The notes below the pieces were generated by a model. That model was not told the origin of the DNA, did not search any database, and saw only the letters and a list, made by a program, of their open reading frames with translations. A stretch of 64,000 nucleotides of DNA from an uncultured Clostridia bacterium (GTDB lineage Bacteria > Bacillota > Clostridia > TANB77 > CAG-508). This document shows, piece after piece, positions 1 to 8,733 of the stretch (its first letter is position 1; every line of letters starts with the position of its first letter). A program made the translations under genes and the position numbers. The DNA is taken from assembly GCA_944391745.1 (NCBI GenBank), contig CALXUS010000004.1, forward strand, positions 21,231-85,230, in the 5' to 3' direction.

Positions 1-17
1 AATATTTTATTTTTCAT
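1..17 (-). CDS. First few codons (MKNKI...) of a gene running off the window start, immediately downstream of the MBOAT gene
   Basis: ATG at 17..15 lies 22 nt after the MBOAT stop, with purine-rich AAGGAAG upstream. Only about 5 codons are visible. Confidence 0.3.
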
Positions 18-39
18 TTTTTGCTTCCTTTTCTTAATA

Positions 40-1567
40 TTAAAATCTAAAATACAAAAATGGATTAAAGCTATTATTTACTAAACTTGCTGTACTAATA
101 ATTAAAATTCCAACACATAAAATTCCTGTTAGTACACCAATTAATTTTTTATTTGTATTTCTAGTATCAATATGTTTTAATAAGATTTTTTTTATTGGTA
201 TTGAACAAATTATTCCAATAATAATTATGATAAAATAATTTTGCAAGTAATATATTGCTTCTGAATTAACAAATTTTACATTATTAAATCCAAACATTGA
301 GCTTAAATATAGTCCTACTTTACTTAAGTCTTCAAATGCAAATATAACCCATCCTATTAAAACTAATAACATAGCATATATGTGAGAAAATGCACTTAAA
401 ATAATGCTTAAAATTTTTCCTAGAGCTTTATTATTTTTTTCCAATTTTGAAATCTTTTCTTGTGCTTTAGCTATTATTTTAAGCAGAAATAATTTTTCTA
501 TAATTAGTATTATTCCAAAATACAATCCCCACAAAACGAAGTTCCATGAAGCTCCATGCCAGGCACCGTGTAAGTGCCCAAACTATTAGAATATTTCTAA
601 TTTGTTTAGCTAAACCTTTTCTATTTCCTCCAAGTGGTATATAGATGTAATCTCTAAACCAACTGCTTAAAGTTATATGCCATCTTCTCCAAAATTCTGT
701 AATAGTTTTACTTATATATGGATAATTAAAGTTCTCATCAAAATCCATACCAAAGATTTTAGAAAGTCCTATTGCCATATCTGAGTACCCACTAAAATCA
801 AAATATATTTGTAAAGCAAATGAGATTATTCCAAGCCATGCTAAAACGCTGCTCATCTCATTAAAATTTCCGTTTTCAATAACGTTCCACAAAACCCCTA
901 CATTATTAGCAATTAATACTTTTTTTCCAAGTCCAACTATAAATCTTCTCATCCCGCACGAGAAGTTGTCCATACTGATTTTTTTATCTACTAATTCTTC
1001 ATCTACTGTTTCATACCTTACAATTGGTCCAGCTATTATTTGTGGGAACAATGTTGTATATGTTAAATAATTGTAAAAACTTTTTTCACATTTTACTGTT
1101 CCTCTATACACATCAATAATATATGACAATGACTGAAATGTATTAAATGATACACCAATTGGTAGAGGTATATTAAGTAGTGGAATATTTATTCTAAATA
1201 ATCCATTAATGCTAGATATAATAAAGTCTGCATATTTAAAGAAAAACAGAATTAATAAATTTATGATTACATCTATCATCAAATATTTTCTTTTAATTTT
1301 TTTGCTTTTCCAATTTTGATTAATTTTATTTCCACACCAATAATCCATTACAGCAAGAAGTAGCATAATAGGAATATATCTAATCTCTCCCCATGCAAAA
1401 AATATGAAACTTGCTATTATCATTACTAAATTTTTGAACTTCTTTGGTACTATGAAATATATTAAAAGCATTACTGGCAGAAAAATATATAAAAATACTA
1501 TACTACTAAATACCATTTCTTTTGTATCTAATTTCTCCTTGTTATATTTGGATTTTGGGTTATCCAT
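40..1567 (-). pseudogene. MBOAT family O-acyltransferase (AlgI/PatA/DltB-like), split by a +1 frame break at CGG (566-568); disrupted or recoded
   Basis: ORFs 479..1567 and 40..534 together make one full-length MBOAT. The upstream frame reads ...FWRRWHITLSSWFRDYIYIPLGGNRKG...ILIVWALT. The +1 frame continues GAWHGASWNFVLWGLYFG, the conserved MBOAT His motif. Coding strand is CTT ACA CGG TGC. Confidence 0.85.
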
Positions 1568-1593
1568 AAACCTTAAGCTTTTTAAATATTAAA

Positions 1594-1702
1594 TTTTAAT
1601 TTTTAAATCAAAAAACAATTAATATTTTAATTTTCTAATCTAAAAGCAATTACTATTTTAATTTTAAAATCCAAAAGCAATTATTATTTTATATTTAAAT
1701 AA
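1594..1702. repeat. About 3.5 tandem copies of a 31-bp AT-rich unit (TTTTAATTTTnAAATCnAAAAGCAATTAnTA)
   Basis: Units start at 1594, 1625, 1656 and 1687 (partial), with an exact 31-bp period. The array lies between the anti-sigma stop and the MBOAT start. Confidence 0.8.
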
Positions 1703-2570
1703 TTAAATCATTAGGAATTTCAAAGTTCTGAATTCCCATATATCCAGGTGCAATTTCGTACTTTTGGAAAACAATTACTGCTTTTTTGTTTTCGTTTATA
1801 TAAAAGTCTTGATATTCATCTTTAATACCTGAAAATCCGCCTTCTTCTTTTGTAAAATATGAACTGTTTTCATCATTTTCCATTCTTTCTTTTATTTGCT
1901 TTTCAACGCTTTCATCTACTATTTGCTTATAATCTGCGCCTAAAACATCTTTCAAATTTAATTCTTTTCCATTTTGAATATCTATATTGTAAAAATATTG
2001 TTCTTGGTATGCTGAAGCTTGACTTTCACTCTTTGTTATTACAAAAGATATGAAATTATCGTCTTGATATGTTATTTTATAATCAATGTTTATTCTTGTA
2101 GGAATATAGTCATCCATTGTTCCACCTGTTGCAAGTACAGCGTTTTTATATTCCTCTGCTCTAGTTTTTGCTTCTTCAATAATATCATTTATTTTTGAAG
2201 AAATCTCATAATTTATTCTATTTTCCAAATCTGAATTTCCTGTATTTTGTATAGCAGGAACTTTAACATCTATTAAATCTGTCTCATTTTCTTCTTTATA
2301 TTCTCTAACTGTAAATACTTTTGCTAATCCAGATATACCAGGAATATCTTGCATAGCTTTTGCAAAGCTTTCATTTGTGTTAAGTAGTACTATAAATAAA
2401 GCAAAAGTAGTTGCTAAGGCCGCACTTGTACTTTTAAAAGCAATTAATATTTTATTTTTCTTTTTTCTTTTACTATTTTGTATTGCTTTATTTACGACAT
2501 AATTTAATTCTTGAGGAACTTCAATTGAATCATAAGCCTTTTTTGCTTTTTTCAATATACTCATATACAT
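1695..2570 (-). CDS. RsiV-like anti-sigma factor (DUF4163/DUF3298 extracytoplasmic domain)
   Basis: Short cytoplasmic N-terminus, one TM (ALATTFALFIVLL), and a C-terminal domain ending VIVFQKYEIAPGYMGIQNFEIP, typical of DUF3298. The start overlaps the sigma gene stop. Confidence 0.8.
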   Translation of the reverse strand: MYMSILKKAKKAYDSIEVPQELNYVVNKAIQNSKRKKKNKILIAFKSTSAALATTFALFIVLLNTNESFAKAMQDIPGISGLAKVFTVREYKEENETDLIDVKVPAIQNTGNSDLENRINYEISSKINDIIEEAKTRAEEYKNAVLATGGTMDDYIPTRINIDYKITYQDDNFISFVITKSESQASAYQEQYFYNIDIQNGKELNLKDVLGADYKQIVDESVEKQIKERMENDENSSYFTKEEGGFSGIKDEYQDFYINENKKAVIVFQKYEIAPGYMGIQNFEIPNDLII

Positions 2571-3058
2571 TCACTCCTTTCTAAATTCTTTTTTAATTCT
2601 TCGATTCCCTTATAAAGCCTTGACTTTACAGTATTTACATTTGTTTTTGTAATATATGCGATTTCTTCTATTTTTAAATTTTCAAAAAATCTAAGAATTA
2701 TAACTGTTTTTAATTTTTCATTTAGCTTTTGTATATTTTTATATATGTCAATGCTTTCAATTAATTCCTCATCATATTTTTTATTAGTTGAAATATTTTC
2801 TTTAAGCTCGCATTCCTCTATATTCTTATTTTTTCTTGATGCTCTTATTGATTCATTAATTAATATTCTATAAAACCATGTTTTAACATATTCTTCATGT
2901 TTTAATGATTCAATATGTTCTAATGCTTTAGTAATAGATTCTTGAACAACATCTAATGACAATTCTTTATCTTTGGTATATGTGTATGCTATTTTGTAAA
3001 ATTTGTTTTGGTTTTCTTTTATGTATTCAATTAGTATTTTTTGAGCTAATTGTGCCAT
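2561..3058 (-). CDS. ECF-type sigma-70 family RNA polymerase sigma factor (SigV-like by context)
   Basis: Region 2-like WFYRILINESIRASRK and region 4 HTH IEEIAYITKTNVNTVKSRLYKGIEELK. It is 165 aa and coupled to the anti-sigma gene. Confidence 0.85.
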   Translation of the reverse strand: MAQLAQKILIEYIKENQNKFYKIAYTYTKDKELSLDVVQESITKALEHIESLKHEEYVKTWFYRILINESIRASRKNKNIEECELKENISTNKKYDEELIESIDIYKNIQKLNEKLKTVIILRFFENLKIEEIAYITKTNVNTVKSRLYKGIEELKKNLERSECI

Positions 3059-3068
3059 TTTTATGCTC

Positions 3069-3548
3069 CTATCTTAAATAATCATTTATTATTTTATTTA
3101 CTGTATTATAATCATTACTTATACATAAGATTATATATTTTCCCTTTTCTTCTAAAATACGATTTTCAATTTTGCTTACCTCTTTTGGCAAATAACTTTC
3201 AAAAGCTTCTTTCTTCTCACTTAATCTGCTTTCTAGTATTTCTTTTATATTTCCTATATTTTTTGTGTCTTTTACTTTTAATATAAGTATTTCTTCACTT
3301 GAAGCACCACTGCCTTGATATGATACAATTTCTTCTATTGTATCAGCGTTTAAATCATAAAAATCTATTGCGAGCTCATCATCTATTTTTGATAGCTCAT
3401 CCTCAAAACTATTGCTTGTCGTTATTTTTTCTGCCAATTCATCTATATTTATTTCTATATTTTTATTTATTTCTTCCTTGATTATTCTTGCAACAATTAA
3501 TATTATAATAATTACTATTATCACTATTATTCTCGAATATTTTTTCAT
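3069..3548 (-). CDS. DUF4358-like membrane-anchored protein
   Basis: N-terminal TM, then ...DFYDLNADTIEEIVSYQGSGASSEEILILKVKD...YIILCISNDY, a pattern I associate with DUF4358. Confidence 0.6.
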   Translation of the reverse strand: MKKYSRIIVIIVIIIILIVARIIKEEINKNIEINIDELAEKITTSNSFEDELSKIDDELAIDFYDLNADTIEEIVSYQGSGASSEEILILKVKDTKNIGNIKEILESRLSEKKEAFESYLPKEVSKIENRILEEKGKYIILCISNDYNTVNKIINDYLR

Positions 3549-3602
3549 AATTTATTGCGTATATATTATATATACTTTCCTCCTTTAGTCAATACTTATT
3601 AT

Positions 3603-4547
3603 TTAAGAATTTTCTTCTAAATACTTAAGCCATTTCTGACAATATTTTTTTCCTACATGTATTCCATCAGTGCTTGCATTTTCTGGCAAGTTTCCTTCAC
3701 TATCAATTAAAGCAGATTTGACATCAAGATATTTAACATTTTTTTCCTTCGCTACTTCTTTAATATATTCATTAAATTTTGTTATATTTGTGTTATTATA
3801 TATGCTATCTGAGTTACTTTTACTTTTTGTAACAGGAATTATTGATTGTAAAAATATTTGGCAGTCAGGTTTGACTTTTCTGATTTCATCAATTAACCCT
3901 TCATATTTAACTTTAAAAACTTGCGGATAAGACCATCCAAGTTCATTAACACCAAGCATAATATATACTTTTTTTATATCTTTACTTTTCATATCTTCAA
4001 GTATTGTTATTTTATTTCCATTCTTTGTTTTTACAAACTTTTTAGTAACTGCTGTATCTACCATTAACCCAATATATGAATAGTCTTGCACGTTTTTTAA
4101 TCCATTGTACATTATTAATCCTTGTGTTCTAGAATCCCCTATAAAAGCTACTGTACTGTCAAATTTGCTAGTATTTACAGTTTCAGTATTCTCCTGATTT
4201 ATCTTATTAGTTTCTTTGGTATTTTGACTTGAAGTATTAACATTGCTTTCTTGACCTTTATTATTGTCTTGAATGCTTTGGTTACTATTTTCTTCTTGAC
4301 TTATATTTACCGGTTCTTCCGCTGTTGCAATTATATTTGAACTATTATTTAATGTTTCGTTTGTGAGCTCATTTTTTTGCTCATTTGTTTTTTCTTTAAC
4401 TTCTTCTATTTTATTTAGATTTTCCTGTTGTTTATAATTTATTTCTTTATTATTATTTGCTATAGAATACATTGTAAATAATAATATTGTTATAGCAACA
4501 GCTAATGTAATTATTACAATCGTTTTTTTAATCCTCTTTTTATACAT
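3603..4547 (-). CDS. SGNH/GDSL hydrolase-family protein (PatB-like O-acetyltransferase/esterase candidate) with N/S-rich linker
   Basis: TM anchor, GDS block (VAFIGDSRTQGL), and a C-terminal DGIH block (STDGIHVGKKY). Confidence 0.8.
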   Translation of the reverse strand: MYKKRIKKTIVIITLAVAITILLFTMYSIANNNKEINYKQQENLNKIEEVKEKTNEQKNELTNETLNNSSNIIATAEEPVNISQEENSNQSIQDNNKGQESNVNTSSQNTKETNKINQENTETVNTSKFDSTVAFIGDSRTQGLIMYNGLKNVQDYSYIGLMVDTAVTKKFVKTKNGNKITILEDMKSKDIKKVYIMLGVNELGWSYPQVFKVKYEGLIDEIRKVKPDCQIFLQSIIPVTKSKSNSDSIYNNTNITKFNEYIKEVAKEKNVKYLDVKSALIDSEGNLPENASTDGIHVGKKYCQKWLKYLEENS

Positions 4548-4696
4548 TGTTGCACCTCTTTATACTTTTGTTTTTGGTTTATACTTTATTAGATATTATT
4601 TTGTATAAAAAAGTTTAAAAAATATAAAATTTTTTAAATAAAAATAAGCTCTATATGTTAGAATTGTAAAATTCTTTTCATATTGAGCTTATTTAT

Positions 4697-5620
4697 TTAT
4701 TTTTCTATCCAATTTTCTACATCAGAATATATATTATCTTTATCTTTTTCATGAAGTATATCATGTCTATCCCCCGGATATAATTTCATTGTAACATTTT
4801 TTACTCCTGACTTTTTTAATGCTTTATATGTTTTTTCTACTCCTTTTCCGCAATCGCCAACTGGATCTTTTTCTCCCGAAAGTAACAATATAGGTATATC
4901 TTTACTCATTTTTTCTATATTTTTAATCTTTCCAGTATAAAGCATTCCGTTTAACAGTTCTCTAAATAACCCAGACGAAAAATCACTTCCTCTATTTTTA
5001 TCATTAATATATTCATCTAAAGCTTCATTATTAGCACAAAGCCAATCATATTCTGTACGGTTTGGTTTAAAAATCTTGTTGTATGTTCCAAATGTAAGGT
5101 TATGAATATTTGTGGTTGAATTTTCTTCTCCATATTTTTTTGCTTCGCTATTTGCCATCATTTTCGCAATTTTTATAGGAATGTCTGACATTTGACCTGT
5201 TCCAATTAAAATAACCTTATCTATTTTTTCATTTGGATAATCTATTAATAAAGTTCTTACTAAAAAAGAACCTAGTGAGAATCCTAAAAGTATATAAGGT
5301 AAATTTGGATATTTTTGTTTAGCTATGTCCATGCAAGACTTCACATCTTGAACGGCATAATTCCAACTTCCTTCTGGTCCAAAATACATTGGTTTACTAC
5401 CTTCTGCTATTGATTTTCCATGACCTAAATGATCATTACCTATTACTACAAAACCTTTATTTGTAAAATATTGAGCAAAAGACTCATATCTTTCTATATA
5501 TTCTGTAACACCATGAGCAATCTGAATTATCCCTCTTACTTCATTTTCTGGTGTCCATATAATTCCATGAATTTTTGTTTTCTTATCTGCAGACTCATAG
5601 TAAATTTCTTCTTTTTTCAT
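4697..5620 (-). CDS. Alpha/beta hydrolase (lysophospholipase / monoacylglycerol lipase-like)
   Basis: HG oxyanion motif (IAHGVTEY), nucleophile elbow GFSLGS, and C-terminal DRHDILHE. Confidence 0.85.
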   Translation of the reverse strand: MKKEEIYYESADKKTKIHGIIWTPENEVRGIIQIAHGVTEYIERYESFAQYFTNKGFVVIGNDHLGHGKSIAEGSKPMYFGPEGSWNYAVQDVKSCMDIAKQKYPNLPYILLGFSLGSFLVRTLLIDYPNEKIDKVILIGTGQMSDIPIKIAKMMANSEAKKYGEENSTTNIHNLTFGTYNKIFKPNRTEYDWLCANNEALDEYINDKNRGSDFSSGLFRELLNGMLYTGKIKNIEKMSKDIPILLLSGEKDPVGDCGKGVEKTYKALKKSGVKNVTMKLYPGDRHDILHEKDKDNIYSDVENWIEK

Positions 5621-5738
5621 AAATCTCCTCCCTACACTATAAGTTTTCTAAATTTAAATATATTGTAGCATATATTAATATAATAATACAAATTTTTTAA
5701 GAATTGAGAAACATAAAAATTTTGCTTATTTTTTACAC

Positions 5739-5774
5739 AAAAAAAATCAATCAGATTTTTTCTGATTGATTTTT
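5739..5774 (-). terminator. Rho-independent terminator after tRNA-Leu(TAG)
   Basis: 10-bp stem ATCAATCAGA/TCTGATTGAT with a 5-nt loop, followed by a T-run on the minus strand. Confidence 0.7.
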
Positions 5775-5808
5775 GTATCAATTCTGTTAGTTCTAACAGA
5801 AACGTCAT

Positions 5809-5892
5809 TGGTGCGGATGAAGGGACTTGAACCCCCACACCATTGGTACTGGTTCCTAAGACCAGCGCGTCTGCCAATTCCGCCACATCCGC
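5809..5892 (-). tRNA. tRNA-Leu (anticodon TAG)
   Basis: Reverse complement is GCGGATG...CTGGT-CTTAGGA-ACCAG...long variable arm...GGGGGTTCAAGTCCCTTCATCCGCACCA. The cloverleaf folds by hand and CCA is encoded. Confidence 0.9.
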
Positions 5893-5979
5893 ATAAATAT
5901 TGTTCATCTATGTGAACAATATTAACTATACACTTTTTTTTATATATTGTCAAGTGCTTTTCTAAAACTTTTTACTCAA

Positions 5980-6864
5980 TTACTCTCTTTCTAATACATC
6001 ATACATAGTTTTAAATTCATAACCATTATCTTTAAAATATTGAATTATATCTGGTAAGCATTCATAAGTTAATATTTTATCTGATGCATCATGCATTAGT
6101 AAAACAATACTTGTTTTATTTTTAATTGTATCATAGAAATTTTCCATTATTTTTTCTTTAGTATTAGCTCCAGCTGCATCATTTGTAAGTGCATTCCAAT
6201 CAACGCTAGCTATTCCATTTTGCTTTAATAATTCTTTTGCTTCTTGTTTTAAATCATTATATGGTCCACCTACTGAACCACCTGGAAATCTAAAAACTAA
6301 TGAATTATAATTTTGATTATTAAGTGCATTTTTTATTAATTCATTAGTCTTATTATATTCGTCTAAAACTGATTGTGCACTTGAATATATACTACTATAT
6401 TTATGTGAGTAACCATGATTAGCTATATAATGGCCTTCATCATATTCCCTTTTAACTAAGTCTGGATTAGCTTCTACTTTAGTACCTAATACGAAAAAAG
6501 TTGCTTTTATATTTTGTTCAGCTAATAAATCTAATATGTAAGGTGTAACCGAAGTAGATGGGCCATCATCAAATGTTAAGAAAACTCTCTTTAAATCTTG
6601 ATGCTTATATATATTATTAAAACGTTCTAATTCTTCTTCATTTAATGGTGCAAATCTTGCTTTTTCTAATTCTTCTTTTGCCGCTATCTGATTATTTATC
6701 TCGTTGACCCATAAATCATATTGATAAACATTTTTACTTACTTTATACATCTGAACAATTCTTACACTTGTAAATGTTATTAATGTGATTAAAATTATTA
6801 CTAATATAACCAGTGCAACTTTTAATTTATTCAGTTTTTTTGTTTTTAAAACTAAATCATACAT
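5980..6864 (-). CDS. Polysaccharide deacetylase family protein (peptidoglycan GlcNAc/MurNAc deacetylase-like), membrane anchored
   Basis: NodB motifs FLTFDDGPS and HGYSH, plus an N-terminal TM. Confidence 0.85.
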   Translation of the reverse strand: MYDLVLKTKKLNKLKVALVILVIILITLITFTSVRIVQMYKVSKNVYQYDLWVNEINNQIAAKEELEKARFAPLNEEELERFNNIYKHQDLKRVFLTFDDGPSTSVTPYILDLLAEQNIKATFFVLGTKVEANPDLVKREYDEGHYIANHGYSHKYSSIYSSAQSVLDEYNKTNELIKNALNNQNYNSLVFRFPGGSVGGPYNDLKQEAKELLKQNGIASVDWNALTNDAAGANTKEKIMENFYDTIKNKTSIVLLMHDASDKILTYECLPDIIQYFKDNGYEFKTMYDVLERE

Positions 6865-7011
6865 TTTTTGTTCCTCTTGTTTTTAGTATATTTATATTAT
6901 ATCTAAAAATATAAAATAAGCAATATTTTTTTCAAAAAAGTCATTTATTTTTTGATTTTTTTCTATTTATTTTGCTATATATTACAATTATTTTAAATTT
7001 AAATTTTATCA

Positions 7012-7041
7012 TTGACATCTAAACTATTAAATATGTATAAT
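7012..7041 (+). promoter_or_regulatory. Sigma-A-type promoter (TTGACA-18-TATAAT)
   Basis: TTGACA at 7012-7017 and TATAAT at 7036-7041, about 30 nt upstream of the ORF start at 7071. Confidence 0.55.
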
Positions 7042-7070
7042 TTTATTAGAAAAAACAAAAGAGGTTTATT

Positions 7071-8045
7071 ATGAAATTCGTTAATTTATTAACATATTTA
7101 AAATTAAAAAGTCTAGATAATCCGCAAACTTCTACTGATTTGGCTAATACAATGTTTGATTACAAATCAAAGAATAATTTGATAAATAATATCTTAAATA
7201 ATTCTAGGCCTTTATTAAATGCAAATGAATTTAAACAAATATATAGAAAACAAGAATTAGATAGCTATAATTTAACTTCTCAGCAAGCAGATCAATTACT
7301 TGCTAATTCAACGACTTTTATTACTTTAACGGGTTACTATAATTTTAGAAATGAAATTTTACAATTTAGAAGTTCAAGAACACTAAGTTTACCGAATGAA
7401 AATGTTAAAGTGTCAATTGCTGAGAAATTAATTCAAAATAGTATAATTTTACTTACCAAAGAAGAACTTTTTAATTTATTAGAAGAGGCTCAAAGAAAAG
7501 AAGTTGATTTTTATGCACCAAAAGTCAATGACCAAGTTCAGATGAAATTTACTCAAAATGCATTAATTTCTCAACAAATTTTAAGGTTTGCTAAAGTAAA
7601 AATTACAAAAGATGAATTAAAACAATTAATTATTGATTCAAATGAAGTTGCACCTAGCGAATTTCCTGATACTGATGGAAAGATAATTATGAAAACAACC
7701 CAAAAAGCAGAACACGCTAGATATATTTTAAATTATTCAATTGTTCAAATTTCTTCTTTAGAAGAATATAATTCTATTGCAAGTATGATAACAAGCTCTT
7801 CCCCTGTAACTCCAGCAATAGATATACATACAATAAATGATAATAACTTATTTGCTCAATATATCTTAAGTCGTGATTTAATTTTTGATTTTGGTTATTT
7901 GAAAAAAATCACAACAAATGAAATTTTTCTTGGTACTATGGATGCTCAAAATAATACAACTGCTAAAATCATAGAGGAAAAATGTCGTTATGATTATCAA
8001 TATGGTAGATATATGCAAATGTTAAATGATAAATTTATAGATTAA
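7071..8045 (+). CDS. Hypothetical protein
   Basis: Long ORF with RBS AGAGG upstream. I recognise no family motif. Confidence 0.65.
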   Translation: MKFVNLLTYLKLKSLDNPQTSTDLANTMFDYKSKNNLINNILNNSRPLLNANEFKQIYRKQELDSYNLTSQQADQLLANSTTFITLTGYYNFRNEILQFRSSRTLSLPNENVKVSIAEKLIQNSIILLTKEELFNLLEEAQRKEVDFYAPKVNDQVQMKFTQNALISQQILRFAKVKITKDELKQLIIDSNEVAPSEFPDTDGKIIMKTTQKAEHARYILNYSIVQISSLEEYNSIASMITSSSPVTPAIDIHTINDNNLFAQYILSRDLIFDFGYLKKITTNEIFLGTMDAQNNTTAKIIEEKCRYDYQYGRYMQMLNDKFID

Positions 8046-8064
8046 TTATAGTGAGGTTTATTTT

Positions 8065-8700
8065 ATGGATTTAACAAGAGAACAAAAGATGGCTTATACA
8101 GAAGTATGTGAAGTTTTAAAACATTTATCAAAGGATGATGTAAATAAAATTCCTAAAGATATTTTAGAATATTATACTGAAAATGCTGACTCAAATTATA
8201 AATTTATTTATGATGACACAAAAATTTTTAAAGAGCAGCCTTTATCTGATACTGCTAAAGTTGTTTTAGCAATATTATACAGAGATTATTGGGCAACTCC
8301 TCAACAGAGGGATCAAATTTATGCAAAAGAAAAGTCCGATATACAATTTGCTTATGATACAAATACTAAAAAATATAATATTAATTTAATTACGGGAAAT
8401 AATTCTTCAGCTAATATGCATAATAATAACAATAATAATACTTTTCAGAATGATTCTAATAATGTAAATTCTAATATCAATAATTTTACTGAAAACTATA
8501 ATCATACTCCTAGTACATTAAACAACCATGATTATTTTAATCAAAATATAAGCAATACAACTCAAGTGCAAAATCAAAATCAGATGCCTAATCCTTATTT
8601 TAATAATATTAATAATTCATTAATTAATGAACCTAAAAAAGAGAAATGGTATAATAAAATTTTAAATAAATTTAAAAATTTATTTAAAAAGAAAAAATAA
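8065..8700 (+). CDS. Hypothetical protein with N/Q-rich low-complexity C-terminal half
   Basis: ORF with RBS GTGAGG. The structured N-terminal half is followed by an Asn-rich tract. Confidence 0.6.
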   Translation: MDLTREQKMAYTEVCEVLKHLSKDDVNKIPKDILEYYTENADSNYKFIYDDTKIFKEQPLSDTAKVVLAILYRDYWATPQQRDQIYAKEKSDIQFAYDTNTKKYNINLITGNNSSANMHNNNNNNTFQNDSNNVNSNINNFTENYNHTPSTLNNHDYFNQNISNTTQVQNQNQMPNPYFNNINNSLINEPKKEKWYNKILNKFKNLFKKKK

Positions 8701-8733
8701 AGGACTATTCTTGTTAAATAGTCCTTTATTTTT

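Noticed and set aside
1594-1702. Possible CRISPR array
   Set aside because: The 31-bp units are directly adjacent with no spacers, are AT-rich, and no cas genes are nearby. It is a simple tandem repeat.
5632-5953. Track ORFs 5632..5907 and 5747..5953 (minus strand)
   Set aside because: They overlap tRNA-Leu(TAG) and its terminator. Their translations are just the tRNA read as protein.
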